The notes under the pieces are model-generated. The model did no database searches. It saw only the letters and a list, made by a program, of their open reading frames with translations, and was not told the origin of the DNA. The translations under genes were made by a program, and so were the position numbers. From positions 18,882,150-18,946,149 of the forward strand of contig NC_134026.1 of assembly GCF_964204645.1 (NCBI RefSeq): a DNA stretch of 64,000 nucleotides. The letters run 5' to 3'. Numbering within the stretch: the stretch's first letter is position 1; each line of letters opens with the position of its first letter. The DNA comes from Tubulanus polymorphus (taxonomy: Eukaryota > Animalia > Nemertea). Below are positions 28,453 through 39,800 of this stretch, in pieces.

Positions 28453-28723
28453 CCCTTTCAGTGTGGTGTATGAATTGGTGATGGATTTTGCTTGTACACC
28501 GCACTGCGGTGTGTTGATGTAATTAGTAATTAGTTTTTATCTCTATTGAAAGATGGCAGCACCTGTCAGACATCGTGAAATATTTGTAACTAACGATATA
28601 CTGCGCCGCGGTGTATACGCACTATAGTGGTATTGCCGTTATTCAACACACTAGGGAGGATTCTTCCAAAATTTTCAAATTATATCCAGCACATAGGGTA
28701 TTGATTAGTCAGCACTGAAAGGG
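28453..28723. mobile_element. piggyBac-like MITE
   Basis: TTAA|CCCTTTCAGTG ... CACTGAAAGGG|TTAA; second copy at 42505-43513. Confidence 0.85.
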
Positions 28724-29169
28724 TTAACAATTCCAATCATAATTTTAAACTACTTCCGTTTTTTCCTCGGCTGCTGATATTATACAACTGTACATATCAT
28801 AAAACGTGAAGCGGTCCCACGATTAAAATCACGTAGATACAAAAATATCTGTGAAGAATTTATTGAAACACCAACATCGCGCAACCAACTTCTTTGCATT
28901 ACGATTATTTCGCGCAAATCATTGTCAATCGGTATACCCTACAGCCACACGGTGAAATTCACCAGATATGGATCGAAAGAACAAATAATCTCCAGCGCCG
29001 AGACGTCAGAATACATGATTCAGACATCGAATATTCATGGGTCTGGTCGAAATCAATCCAGACAAAATGGGCTTACTGCACTTACATTTATGGATACGAG
29101 TCATGTTTTATAACCAATACGACACTTCATTTTTGAAACATATAATTTAACTATATCCATGGTATTCTA

Positions 29170-29208
<39 letters not shown>
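29170..29208. repeat. Compound (CT)n(AT)n microsatellite
   Basis: CTCTCTCTCT followed by ~14 AT units, downstream of the ATP6V0B stop codon. Confidence 0.95.
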
Positions 29209-29212
<4 letters not shown>

Positions 29213-29907
29213 AGTATTTACAATAAACATATTACATAACAATCTATATGCCCAGTAAGAATCTGACTAGTTCAAACAAAGTCGCATATTCACCGCGTGC
29301 AAATTTATTTCACAGAATATACATACTCAAATTCGAGGGGCTATTTTCCGAAAAAGGTTCAACGCGTTGATGTACAAACTGATTACACTGTATATTGTTA
29401 GGAGTCGGGAACTAAAAAAATATACACTTCAGACATTCACCATAGTCAGATGACGATTGGTAGAATTGACTGGCCTTCGTAGATCAGTTTCAATCAAATA
29501 TGCGCCATAATAGGCGACTGAGTACCGTATGCCCGTTGAAAAGAGCAGGTTCAGGCTACTGCACATTGATACCCGCGCAATGAATTTTGGCATAGGCCTA
29601 TATATAAAATGCTTTTGTTATGCATTAGGCTATATTCCGGATTGAATCTTCTTGCAGAAATTAGCCCCTCCGTATTAGAGTGATTGTGTTACAAACAGTA
29701 AACAGCAAATACTTTGTTTTGATGTGTCTTACATTGATTTATATACGATGACAATTTTTCACGAATAAAGTGAAAAAATGATGGAAGCATCAACGCTTTT
29801 TAATCTTTCTACATACTACATTTTATATACCGTATGTAGTAGCCGTTTGTTCGATGATGAGAGTTTCATTTTAGTTGCATCGGAGTCTGCACAATTATTC
29901 TTTCAAA

Positions 29908-32900
29908 CTACTTGCCTCCCATTTTAGCCTTTGATATCTGAAATAAGCAAATAGATGTTTGTGAGTATCTCCCTCCAATAAAAGAATAGTTTAGTTTTTC
30001 CGCTGTTCTACACTTTGGCGGGTTGCCGGCACGCTCCGTATAAGCGAGTTTATGCGTATGAAGAACTGTGTAGCTGTTGTTGGTTTGCAGAGCAGAGCAC
30101 GGACAGGAGTTTCAGCTTGTAGAATAAACGTAAATACGTCATAATTTCGTCTCTTCTCATGTCTTATGGTCTCTTATTGATGAACTCGCGAAATTTTTAC
30201 AACTTTAATATTAGCTTTTTCTTTGCAACAAAATCCCAGGAATTTTTCAAATCTACCACAGGTTATTACAGTAGACTGCCTAAACCAGTTGGGACCCGTG
30301 TTTCTACAAAATTAGACGGTTACTGAATTGAGGAATGAAAAATCAATGTATGAAAATATGGCAATCTGAATGGCGTATTGCTCCTATTTCTTTCAATTTC
30401 ATACAATAATCTCGACCGTAGTTTGTCACTGAAGGTTTGCTGCTAATGTCAAATTTTAGACAGAAGTCCTTAGTCTTGACACTGGTCTTGTCATCTTGAT
30501 TTTCTTTGAAACTCTGCGATACTTATCTTCAGTCTGGTATCATTATCATTGACCCTAAACGCGTTACACTAGTTTCTTAATAAAGGTATTTCATACGATC
30601 GTCTGAAGTGTTAACACCTGACTGGCATTAGGAATAAGGACCCAGTTCCACAGTTGTGAGTTAAGATTTGACTCAGAGTTAACTCATTGAAAACGAACAG
30701 AGTAAACTCTAACTCAAGACAAGTACTTTAAAGGATAACTTGTTGATTTTAAGTACGAGCTTTCACTACTAATGAATGGTAGCTTCATCAGGTGAAAGTA
30801 CAATCCATCTTGTTTACTTATGCTTATCATATACACTAACAGGTGGAGTCTAGGTCTTAAGCCTTAACATATCTGACGCAGAAAAGAATAAATTAGACAG
30901 CTGTATTCAGATCAAATCATATCAAATTTATCGAATTGGCAGTCAAGAGATGATCAACGTTTCTTTTTGTCCGGTCTATAATCAATTTGACTTACTTGTA
31001 AAATTCCTACGATTACACCGAACAATCCTATAGCACTGCCGAAAATTTCGACGATAAGGATTTTCACAAATAGACTAGAATTTTGAGCATCGGCAAGTGC
31101 GGCACCAGAGCCAACAATACCAACGCAAATACCACAAGCCAAGTTCGAAAGACCAACCGTCAGACCGGCTCCTAACATCGCAAAACCTGGAAAGAAACGA
31201 ATGACTCATTATTTCTTAAGTCATGAAGGGCTACCGGGGTACTCAAAATCAGACAACATTTTTTCACCCATAACTACCAAATGATCTCTGTCAGGACCCA
31301 AAGAGGATGATAAAACTCAGCAGACAAAGAACAAAATTATGTTGATCAGGAATTTCCGATAACCTGGACAGTGACTGCTACTGCAAGGTAGAGGCCCTCG
31401 GACATTGAAAAGTCTAGGGTTAATTAAGAAGAGCAATCAATGATATGAAATGGAAAAACTCCAACAATTCTCTTTTCAATGCTATTCATCAATTTGAATA
31501 ATAGTTTATGCAGTTACATTCTTACTGCTGAGAAATGAAAGAATATGTGGAGCAAATCTCATGCTGAGACATTTTAAAATCCTTTTGAAATAATTTGATT
31601 AAGAAATTGAAGAAGACAGGGTGACCATTTTTATTTGACTTGCTTTTTCCCTTACTACCCCGACTATTTCCCGACAAGCAGGTTATTTTCCCCGATCTGT
31701 TAAGAAACCAATCAATTAACACAGTCAAATATATAAGACATAGTAACTGTTTGATGTTACAAGCAAACTAGCAATCTGAACAAATTTCCCTGACTTTCCT
31801 CCGATTTCTAGCTTTTTTTACAAAATTCCCTGACTTTTTTAAAGAAAAGAAAATTCCCTGATTTCCAGGTAAGGGGCCGCCCTGAAAGATGCATTGTAAA
31901 CTCAACTTACCGGCAAAGATGTTGTCCCGTCTCATTGCAGGCTTCATCATGTCTGCGGCCGAAATTGGCTGGAAAAGGATAAGGTACTCGACAGGTTAAA
32001 GGCAATCATGTGTGGCACTTCCGCAGAATATTCAGCTATACAAACTGTCTTGATCAAGACGCTTACATTTGACTTAAAATCACAACAAATACCTCTGACT
32101 ATTTACAAAGATGCATTCATACATTAAGATTTATACATCAGTCAAGTAAAAGCCGGTAAGGCTAACTCAAACTTACCTCCGATATATTACTAATGACGAT
32201 GGCCATTATGATACCATAAATGGCGACGGCTTCGCAAAAGATAATGCTAACAAGATTCTTCGTCTTAATTCTGGGAGCTTTTACTCCAGCTCCTAAGATG
32301 CTACTGCCTGTCATATAAATACCCCTGGTCGAAAAAGAAAAATTCAATTATCATGGCGGATTTATTGGAGTATATGTTTCACAAAGCTCAATTATGATTC
32401 ATTTAGTATCTCAAGGTTAACTCAACTAACTGATTCTCAACGATTAAGCTGGCCGTAGGTATGTTTTCATGGATTTTGTGTCTTATGTCCTGGTACTATA
32501 TAAACCTCATACATACGTATTAGGCTTGCTTCTATACTTACATGGCTGCTCCAACCACTGACAGAGATATAGCCAAGCCAACACCTAAATTCGCCCACAC
32601 ATAAGGGGATGTTTCTTCCAAAAACCTGAAAAAAATTACATCAATGTGATGAAAAGAATCAGAGCTGCGGAGAAAATATTGACTCGAAAGTTAGTTTTAA
32701 TATCAGATCAATAATCTAGGTTGAGCTGCAGCATGTTTTGTCACATGATTACATTGTACCCTATATTGGAGGGCAAACACAATCATTCACACGAGATCCC
32801 AGAACTGGTATCTGTAGTTTCTACATCACTATCAGTAGGCTCAAGTCATTTCGGGCTATTTACTAGCGGCGGTGACAAAATTTTAGCTTTAAGCCTATCA

Positions 32901-35460
32901 ACTGTACTAAACCAGCTTGAAAATCTAATGAACCCAAAAATTGACAAATGCAACCACAGCAGGGAATTTGAACCTGATGGCATCGCACGACTGTCATGGC
33001 ATAAACCTCTGCATGACTAGCCCCAATGCGCATTGAGCCATTATGTGATTTGTTAGCCAATCAGAAAACATGTTTTTACCATGGCAGTTCACGAATTTCC
33101 CTTAGCGATTATACAATTGGCATCCTGCGACCGGTTGCTCAAAAGTTGGTTAGAGTTAACCAGTGGATAGTTTATATGGTGACAATTGAAATTTCATTGT
33201 TACTATGGTATTTAACGGCCGGTTATCTTTAACCAACTTTTGAGCAACTGCCCCCAGATGATAAGCACTGCACTTGTGTGGCTAAGGTCCACTAAAAGCT
33301 GGAAGAATTCAGACAGGGACCAAATTCAAATCCTGCCAAGAGGGTGCGTGAAAAATTACAAGTAGTTCCTGTTGAGATTGTTATGCGAAAGAATGGCATA
33401 TCTGAATGACGTAGAGTCCTTAATCTAAATTAACTATGATGACATCACCGGTGAGATCTCTATAAGAACCATGACATTGAATTACTTGACATTTAGTTAC
33501 AATGAGAAGTCCTCTTAGAATAAAGAAATCCACTCCTTAAAGCACAAGAGGTGACAAACATTGCCAGTGCTATAAACCAATTCCAAACTCCACAAATAAA
33601 ATAAATGGCCGCACTACCGAAGCCAGTTGCAGAAAAGTTGGTTAGAGTTTACCAGTGGATAGTTGACATAGTGACAATTTAAAGTTCATTGTGACTATGG
33701 TATTCATCCGTCGGTTATCTTTAACCAACCACTGAGCAACTGGCCCTTGATCGCCGTGGTTTTGCCTGCTGTTAATTTGGCGATACGGCATTTTTGTCAG
33801 GTGCTTTAGGGGTTCAACGTATAAACTTACCATCCTATATCAAATCTGTAACCTTGGCCACTCAATATATAGTATAAACCTGAAAACAACAGACATCGCA
33901 AATGAAACTATTCTCATCCATGTACACTCACTGGAAGGTACCTATAGGAGACCTAGTCTGAATACCAGTTGTTGTTACAGGTTCCCTACAACGTCTGACG
34001 CTAAAGTATCATATAGAGGTTAACTCCTGTTAAACTGATTTTAGTGTCAAATCAAACCTTTATACTCAAATAAATTAATTAGTTACCTTGTTGACTTAGG
34101 AAACCTGTTTTATAATAATATCTTTGATGATCTAAATCGCGAACCGGAGAATTTATTTATTTGATTTGAATTGATTGCCACAATCGGAATTCCAATACGG
34201 ACTAAATTGATAAAATGTGAAAATTCAATATGTCCCTCTAAAATTACTCTATGTTGATAAAACGCATTAATTTTGGTCAATTTTACATTAAGAATTTGAA
34301 ACAAGAATAATATCTGCATTGGCATCAATGTCAGTCCAAGTTCAAGTCCAATCCGTAATCTAAACTCTTATCATGCAACACGAAAAGCCACCATATTTGT
34401 CATGTTGTTTCACTTCAACTATTTTTTGAGGCGACTAGTCAAAACTTTGAGTTACTACGATTGTCAAAAGCTACTTAGGATTACAAATTTATGTTCACAC
34501 AATAGTTAACTTCCATCTGATTACAGAACTGTCAGTCTGAGGTAAGTTGATGGTGTTTTAAGGGGAATAGACGCTCAAAGCCTCGTCCCTCAAAATGAGG
34601 GACGAAAGTTAACCTTATATGAGCACTTTTGCCTGTCTGTCACACTTGCTGTCCGTGCAACGTTTTGGTCCGTTAATAATCGGTTTACCTACCTTTATTA
34701 CGCATCAATTTGTTCAGTGAGGAATTTGCATTCAGAAATAAACAACAATTTTTACTAAAGTTGTTTTTGTTTTCATTTATGAGCGATAGTTTACTCAGCA
34801 TACGCTCGCGTTATGCTGAAAAATCCGCTCCCCGGACACTCGGAAAAGCTACAGTGACGTCATCACCTAGTTCATTAGCATATCAAAATACAGTAGGTGG
34901 CGCCACATGACGGGCCATAAAAGCCGTTTTTCAGCACTACGCGAACGTATGCTAGGTAAACTATCGCTGATAGATGAAAACACAAACAAATCTATGCCAG
35001 TTCATGATTTATTTCTGAGTGCAAATTCCTTACTGAACAAATTGATGCATAATATGTACAGTACAGATAAACCGATTATTAAGGGAGTAAGAGTAAGGGA
35101 GTGTGCTAGCTATCTGTCCAACAGGTTCAAGAATTGAAGTCGAAGAAATGAATCTTTGGCATCATTTTTCAAACTCTCTCCTTTAGGAGAATAACCAGTC
35201 GTTTAATTTTCTACTGCTTTGGACTGAGCTTCTGATCTTTCATGTGTGTAAGAAATTGGCCTAGGCCTACTCAACTCAGTACGACACTGGTCTGTGGTGG
35301 ACTATAATCTATAGGATGATGTCAGTCAGTGAGTGATTTAGAATAATAACAGATCGATGAGAGTGATAGAATTTCAATACGCACCTATCAACGTAGCTAC
35401 GGTAATGATTACCGAAGGAATCGTGTAGAGGATGATATAAGAAGCGGTTCTACTACTCAT
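29908..35460 (-). CDS. ATP6V0B: V-type proton ATPase 21 kDa proteolipid subunit c'' (211 aa)
   Basis: Exons (minus) 35460-35385, 33879-33831, 32625-32542, 32324-32177, 31968-31911, 31186-30996, 29937-29908; 636 nt, phases consistent. Protein includes [46 protein letters not shown] (proton-carrying Glu) and [19 protein letters not shown], and ends ISKAKMGGK*. Confidence 0.96.
31617..31884. mobile_element. hAT-like MITE in ATP6V0B intron
   Basis: Termini CAGGGTGACC / GGCCGCCCTG; subterminal TTCCCTGA repeats; flanks GAAGA / AAAGA. Confidence 0.55.
33128..33254. mobile_element. Harbinger-like MITE
   Basis: TIR CCGGTTGCTCAAAAGTTGGTTA / TAACCAACTTTTGAGCAACTG, with CWG flanks. Confidence 0.75.
33621..33746. 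mobile_element. Second copy of the 33128 MITE family
   Basis: GCCAGTTGCAGAAAAGTTGGTTAGAG...ACCAGTGGATAGTT...GGTTATCTTTAACCAACCACTGAGCAACTGGCCC. Confidence 0.7.
34673..35082. mobile_element. Foldback-type MITE with ~150-bp imperfect TIRs
   Basis: TTAATAATCGGTTTA...GCATCAATTTGTTCAGTGAGGAATTTGCA mirrored by TGCAAATTCCTTACTGAACAAATTGATGC...TAAACCGATTATTAA. Confidence 0.8.
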
Positions 35461-36837
35461 ATTTACAATGGGTGATTAGAGAATTTAATGAAATATTCTT
35501 CCAAAAATTGTCATATGACAGCGGCAATGGCGACCCATAAGCTTCCGGGTTTACACCGCCGTCTGACGTCGGAAATAAGAACTACAATTATAAAAATGGT
35601 AAGAAGTTTACGATGGAAATGCTTCTTTCTCCTTCTCTTTACTCTTCTGACGCTTCCTATTCCTATCTAGTAAACAATTGTTAATTCGGACCTTATAAGT
35701 ATGGAATACCTCAAGGGCCATACGACTTACGAGTTACGTTTTACGACTTACGAGTTACGTTTTACGAGTTACGATTTACGTTTTACGAGTTACTTATACA
35801 TTTCCTTGAATATTCGTTACGACTTCCGTTTTATGAGTTACGAATTACAACTTAAATACGTTTTACGAATTACGAGTTACGATTTACGAGTTAAGTGTTG
35901 GAGTTTCGGTTCGCAAGAGTTCAAGGACAGTGGCCACGTGGAAGGCATTTCACTGTGTGGGTGTAATTATTAGACGAATAACTGTAACGATGATGGATGG
36001 CTGTATGCAGCCCATTGTTTTCAAAAAAAATAAATACATTTTTTCTAAATTGACGAATCTTGTTCTAATTATTAAAATCATTTCCAGCTAAGATCTATTG
36101 AAATATCGTCTATTAAAATCATCGTGCACGTAACGGGGCAGTCATCAGTCAGTGTGAAATGTATTGTCAGCATTTAATACTAATAGATTTTGAGAAGGTT
36201 CGCACAGCAGATGGCCAACGCGCAGATTTTCTGCCCTGTAATAGACCACTGCAGTCGAGATTGATTCACTATGTACAATAAATTACTCTTATTATGCTGT
36301 TTGAAATGACAATTCGACTTCATTTTGAAACCCGTTCTTTGAATTACGCGCTTCGGATATCCGAAGCCAATTAGTGAAAAACGTGTAATTCGTAAAACGT
36401 AAGTCGTAAATCGTAAGTCGTAACGTATTGTAGGAAATGTATAAGTAACTCGTAAACTGAAATCGTATTTTCGTAAAACGTAAGTCGTAAAACGTAACTC
36501 GTAAGTCGTATGGCCCTTGACGTATTCCATATATAAGTCACTTGCTCGTGTGCTTCTTTGAAAAATAAAGAAGATTAGAATTGAATTGATCTATGTATCC
36601 ACGTCGACCTTGAAAAGAAATTACAATGCCCAATATTTGGATTTTATAACGATAAGGTATATTTTTCAATTTAAAGCGGGTTAATACGTTTTACGACGAG
36701 GGAATATCACATGAATACCATCCCGCTGCTAATTGACTGACTATTTATGTGCTAAATTAGCGTTAATTAATTTCGATTGCCGGGTCGCGATGTTCGCTCA
36801 GCGCCCCCTATCAATCATGACCACCACCAGCATCATC
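35461..36837. promoter_or_regulatory. Head-to-head (bidirectional) promoter region of ATP6V0B and GCN1
   Basis: Divergent start codons at 35460 (-) and 36838 (+). Housekeeping-type motifs: AATGGCG (35526), CTTCCGG ETS-like (35542-35548), TGACGTC CRE-like (35564-35570), TCGCGA (36785) and CAGCGCCCCCTA (36799-36810). Function of individual motifs is inferred. Confidence 0.6.
35700..36531. mobile_element. Foldback element with long heptamer-repeat TIRs and 6-bp TSD
   Basis: TIR TATGGAATAC(C/G)TCAAGGGCCATACGACTTACGAGTTACGTTTTACG... at both ends (~35700-35893, ~36383-36531); TSD TATAAG at 35694-35699 and 36532-36537. Confidence 0.88.
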
Positions 36838-39800
36838 ATGGCAGATTCTACCGTGAGTTTCATTTTCAGCCGCAACCATTAGAAAAAGCCGGGTTTGAAG
36901 TTTAAGTTGTCAAAGCCGGGTTCGAGGTTTAAGTTGTCAGAAAATGCCGGTTTAGTTCCCCCGGGCCCAGTGAACGTAATTTTCTTCTTTATTCATTGCA
37001 ACAGGTAGAAATTATGGAAGCCCTGAAATCGTTCAATAAAAATGTCACCACTTCGAAAGTTACGACAAGATGCCAAATAGTGAACGATTTATTGCCTCAT
37101 GTCGTCAAGAACGGTAAGTAGGGTTTTCAAGTGGAAATTTTCTAAACACTACAGAAACAATTTTAAAGGCCTATGAAAGAAGGGTTTAATATAACATCAT
37201 AGCAATTTACAGAACCAAAATCGGTCAAGCGGTTCAAAAGTTATGAAGGAATTAGTCGGCTGAAATTTACACTTTCCAGCCATAGTCTTCATAAGAAATG
37301 AACTAAAGGTCAAGAGGTCAAATGGTGACCAAATTGGCTGTTTTTGAGCTGAATGAAATAGGATATTTATATGTAAATGGTTATATCTTTTGGAATTTTG
37401 ATGCAATGGTTAGGCCTACCAAATTCACAGACGGTCATCCTTATTACTGAGATGACGTATTTTACCGAGATGAACCGAGGGCGAGATGAAATGAAATATA
37501 ACATATTTACTTATTCCTTATCGATTTTAACAATTGAAATCATATTATATCAGTAATAAATGCCTGCTGGAGTCATATTTTACATATTTTGTCGGATATT
37601 TTTGTAGAAAAATAACTTAACTTTACCGAGATGAGATCGTCGATCAATCAAATTCAATGAAATTTCATTGCTAACCGAGTTTACATATTTGAAGTCAAAA
37701 TTTTTTTTAATAAAAAGAATATGTAAAATATGACTCTAGAAGGTATTTATTACTGATATAACATGATTAAGTGTTAAAATCGATAAGGAATAAATAAATA
37801 TGCTATATTTCATTTCATCTCGGTTCGTCTCGGTTCATCTCGGTAAAATACGTCATCTCGGTAATAAGGATGACCCTTCACAGAGGACCTAAGGACCAAA
37901 GTCTTATTTAAAATGATGATGTTAAAACTAATTAATCATTATGTTAATTAGTCTAATTTGCATAATTAATTAAGCAATTAATATGCAATAACGGGTAAGA
38001 AACTGAAGCGTATATACGATCTTCGAATTATTTGCAGTATCACCACACAACTGCCATTGCCAGGGATGAGAATTCCCCGCCGATCCGCGGTTTTCCGCGG
38101 ATTTCGGCATTGAGTGATGATCTCACTCAATTGGTCCAGGGCGATCGGTAATCAGGTGAACCGTAAAAGCGTTCAGTGCCTGTTTTACTTATCATCGTGT
38201 AAACGTATCGCATTTCAATGCATATTCATAGCAACACTGTGATTTTGTATCTACATTTGTACTACGATGAGTGTGTATGTATTTTATCGATCGGTTGCAG
38301 ACACGCGCGTGTGGCAACGGTAGTAATGTATATAGGCCTACTTTACTGTTGCCGCGCGTGTGTGGCGAACGTCTTCGGATATCATACACTACTGGGTGAT
38401 GATTTTTAGTGAGCATTCATCGGCGCATTTTTACTGCAATAATTCAGGGCTCGACCCGTAATGCATGAGATGCTGAATGTCATCGAATGAGGATGTACCA
38501 CATTGGAATCAGCCATTACCTTCCAAAATATAATAGTCGTTCATGGGTTCAAGATTGCTCTAAGTGCTCGGAAAACGCTTTTAATTTAAAAAATTTCTTG
38601 GGGGACGACCCCCAAACCCCCAAAATAGCTTCGCCTCAGGCGCTCGCGAGTGCTGACAGCTACACCGTCAGCTGGTTCGCGTGTGTAACTCAAGAAAAAA
38701 AAAACCGCAGATTTTAAATAAATAAAGATATTTGGATTGATGTAGGCTAGTGCTAAAATAGTTAGTATTGATATTGTAATCGCCCCTTTAGCCTGATTTT
38801 CCTTTAACCTTAACTTAAACAAAAATTTGTTTTAATTGATAATCAATTAAGTTTCCATAGCCCAAATCGAATTACATGTATCATCGAACTTGCAAAGTCG
38901 CTGGTCCTTATTAACCTGCCGGCAGCTTCAATGTTAAGTCCTGTGTGTGCCAGATGATTTGCATATGAATGAAATTAAGTCATTGAATCCTCATAACTTC
39001 CAAACAATAATTATATAGGCCTATGGGGCATTGAAACTTCACAACAAAGCAGTAGTTTATTGTCATAGCTATGGAATAGTGCTGAAAGATCAAACTTCCG
39101 ATTTTAGAAAGAGGGTTCTCTGGGTGGGGTCATTTTGGGAGTCCAGCGCAAAAAAGACCCCCTTGAAAGTCAGAATACTCACAATTTGTGTTACATTGTC
39201 GATATTCATAAATAAAGACACTGTAGATTACTATATCCATCCGTAAAACCTTTATAATGGTTCTTATTACAGTTTGAATGTTTGAATCTTAATCAAAATC
39301 CCAAATTATCTAATTTACGGGGCGTTTTTGAGGTCAAAATTTTGAAAATATCAGAATGTAAAAATTACTTCCCGGTTAGGATTCTCGAGTATTGGCAGTG
39401 TGGCGTGCGTTAAGAACTAGGGCTCAACGGGTTGTGAGGCGCTTGTGACATAAAAACAAACTTTAGATACAAGATAGGTCGGGCTGTCGACTACAGTCGC
39501 CTACGGCAGATTGAGGGTCAATTGAGTGAAACTGAAACATTTTGAAGAGGCCAATTTCACTTTCTATTTGCAGAATTTCCCGAGACTGCTGTCAAAGGCT
39601 TGTCCAAGTTATTGGTTTTTGCGCTTCAAAGATACCGCGATGCAAAGTCTAGAAGAGCTGTCGAAGACTTGATCAAGGCGTTAGCCAAAAACCACTGGAA
39701 AGTATTCCTGAAGCAAATGGGTTTAGTTTTGGTGGATTACGCTGACAAAAATAAGAAATTACCGACCTGGTAAGATTTAGCGCCTTCAATTCGATATCTA

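Noticed and set aside
32765-32776. 12-nt match to 18S rRNA (ATTGGAGGGCAA), antisense on the ATP6V0B strand, suggesting a C/D snoRNA guide
   Set aside because: No correctly placed D/D' box; a 12-mer match to rRNA is expected by chance in a window this size.
35701-36530. Paired ORFs MEYLKGHTTYELRF (+) and MEYVKGHTTYELRF (-) that look like duplicated small genes
   Set aside because: They are translations of the two TIRs of one foldback element and its heptamer repeats.
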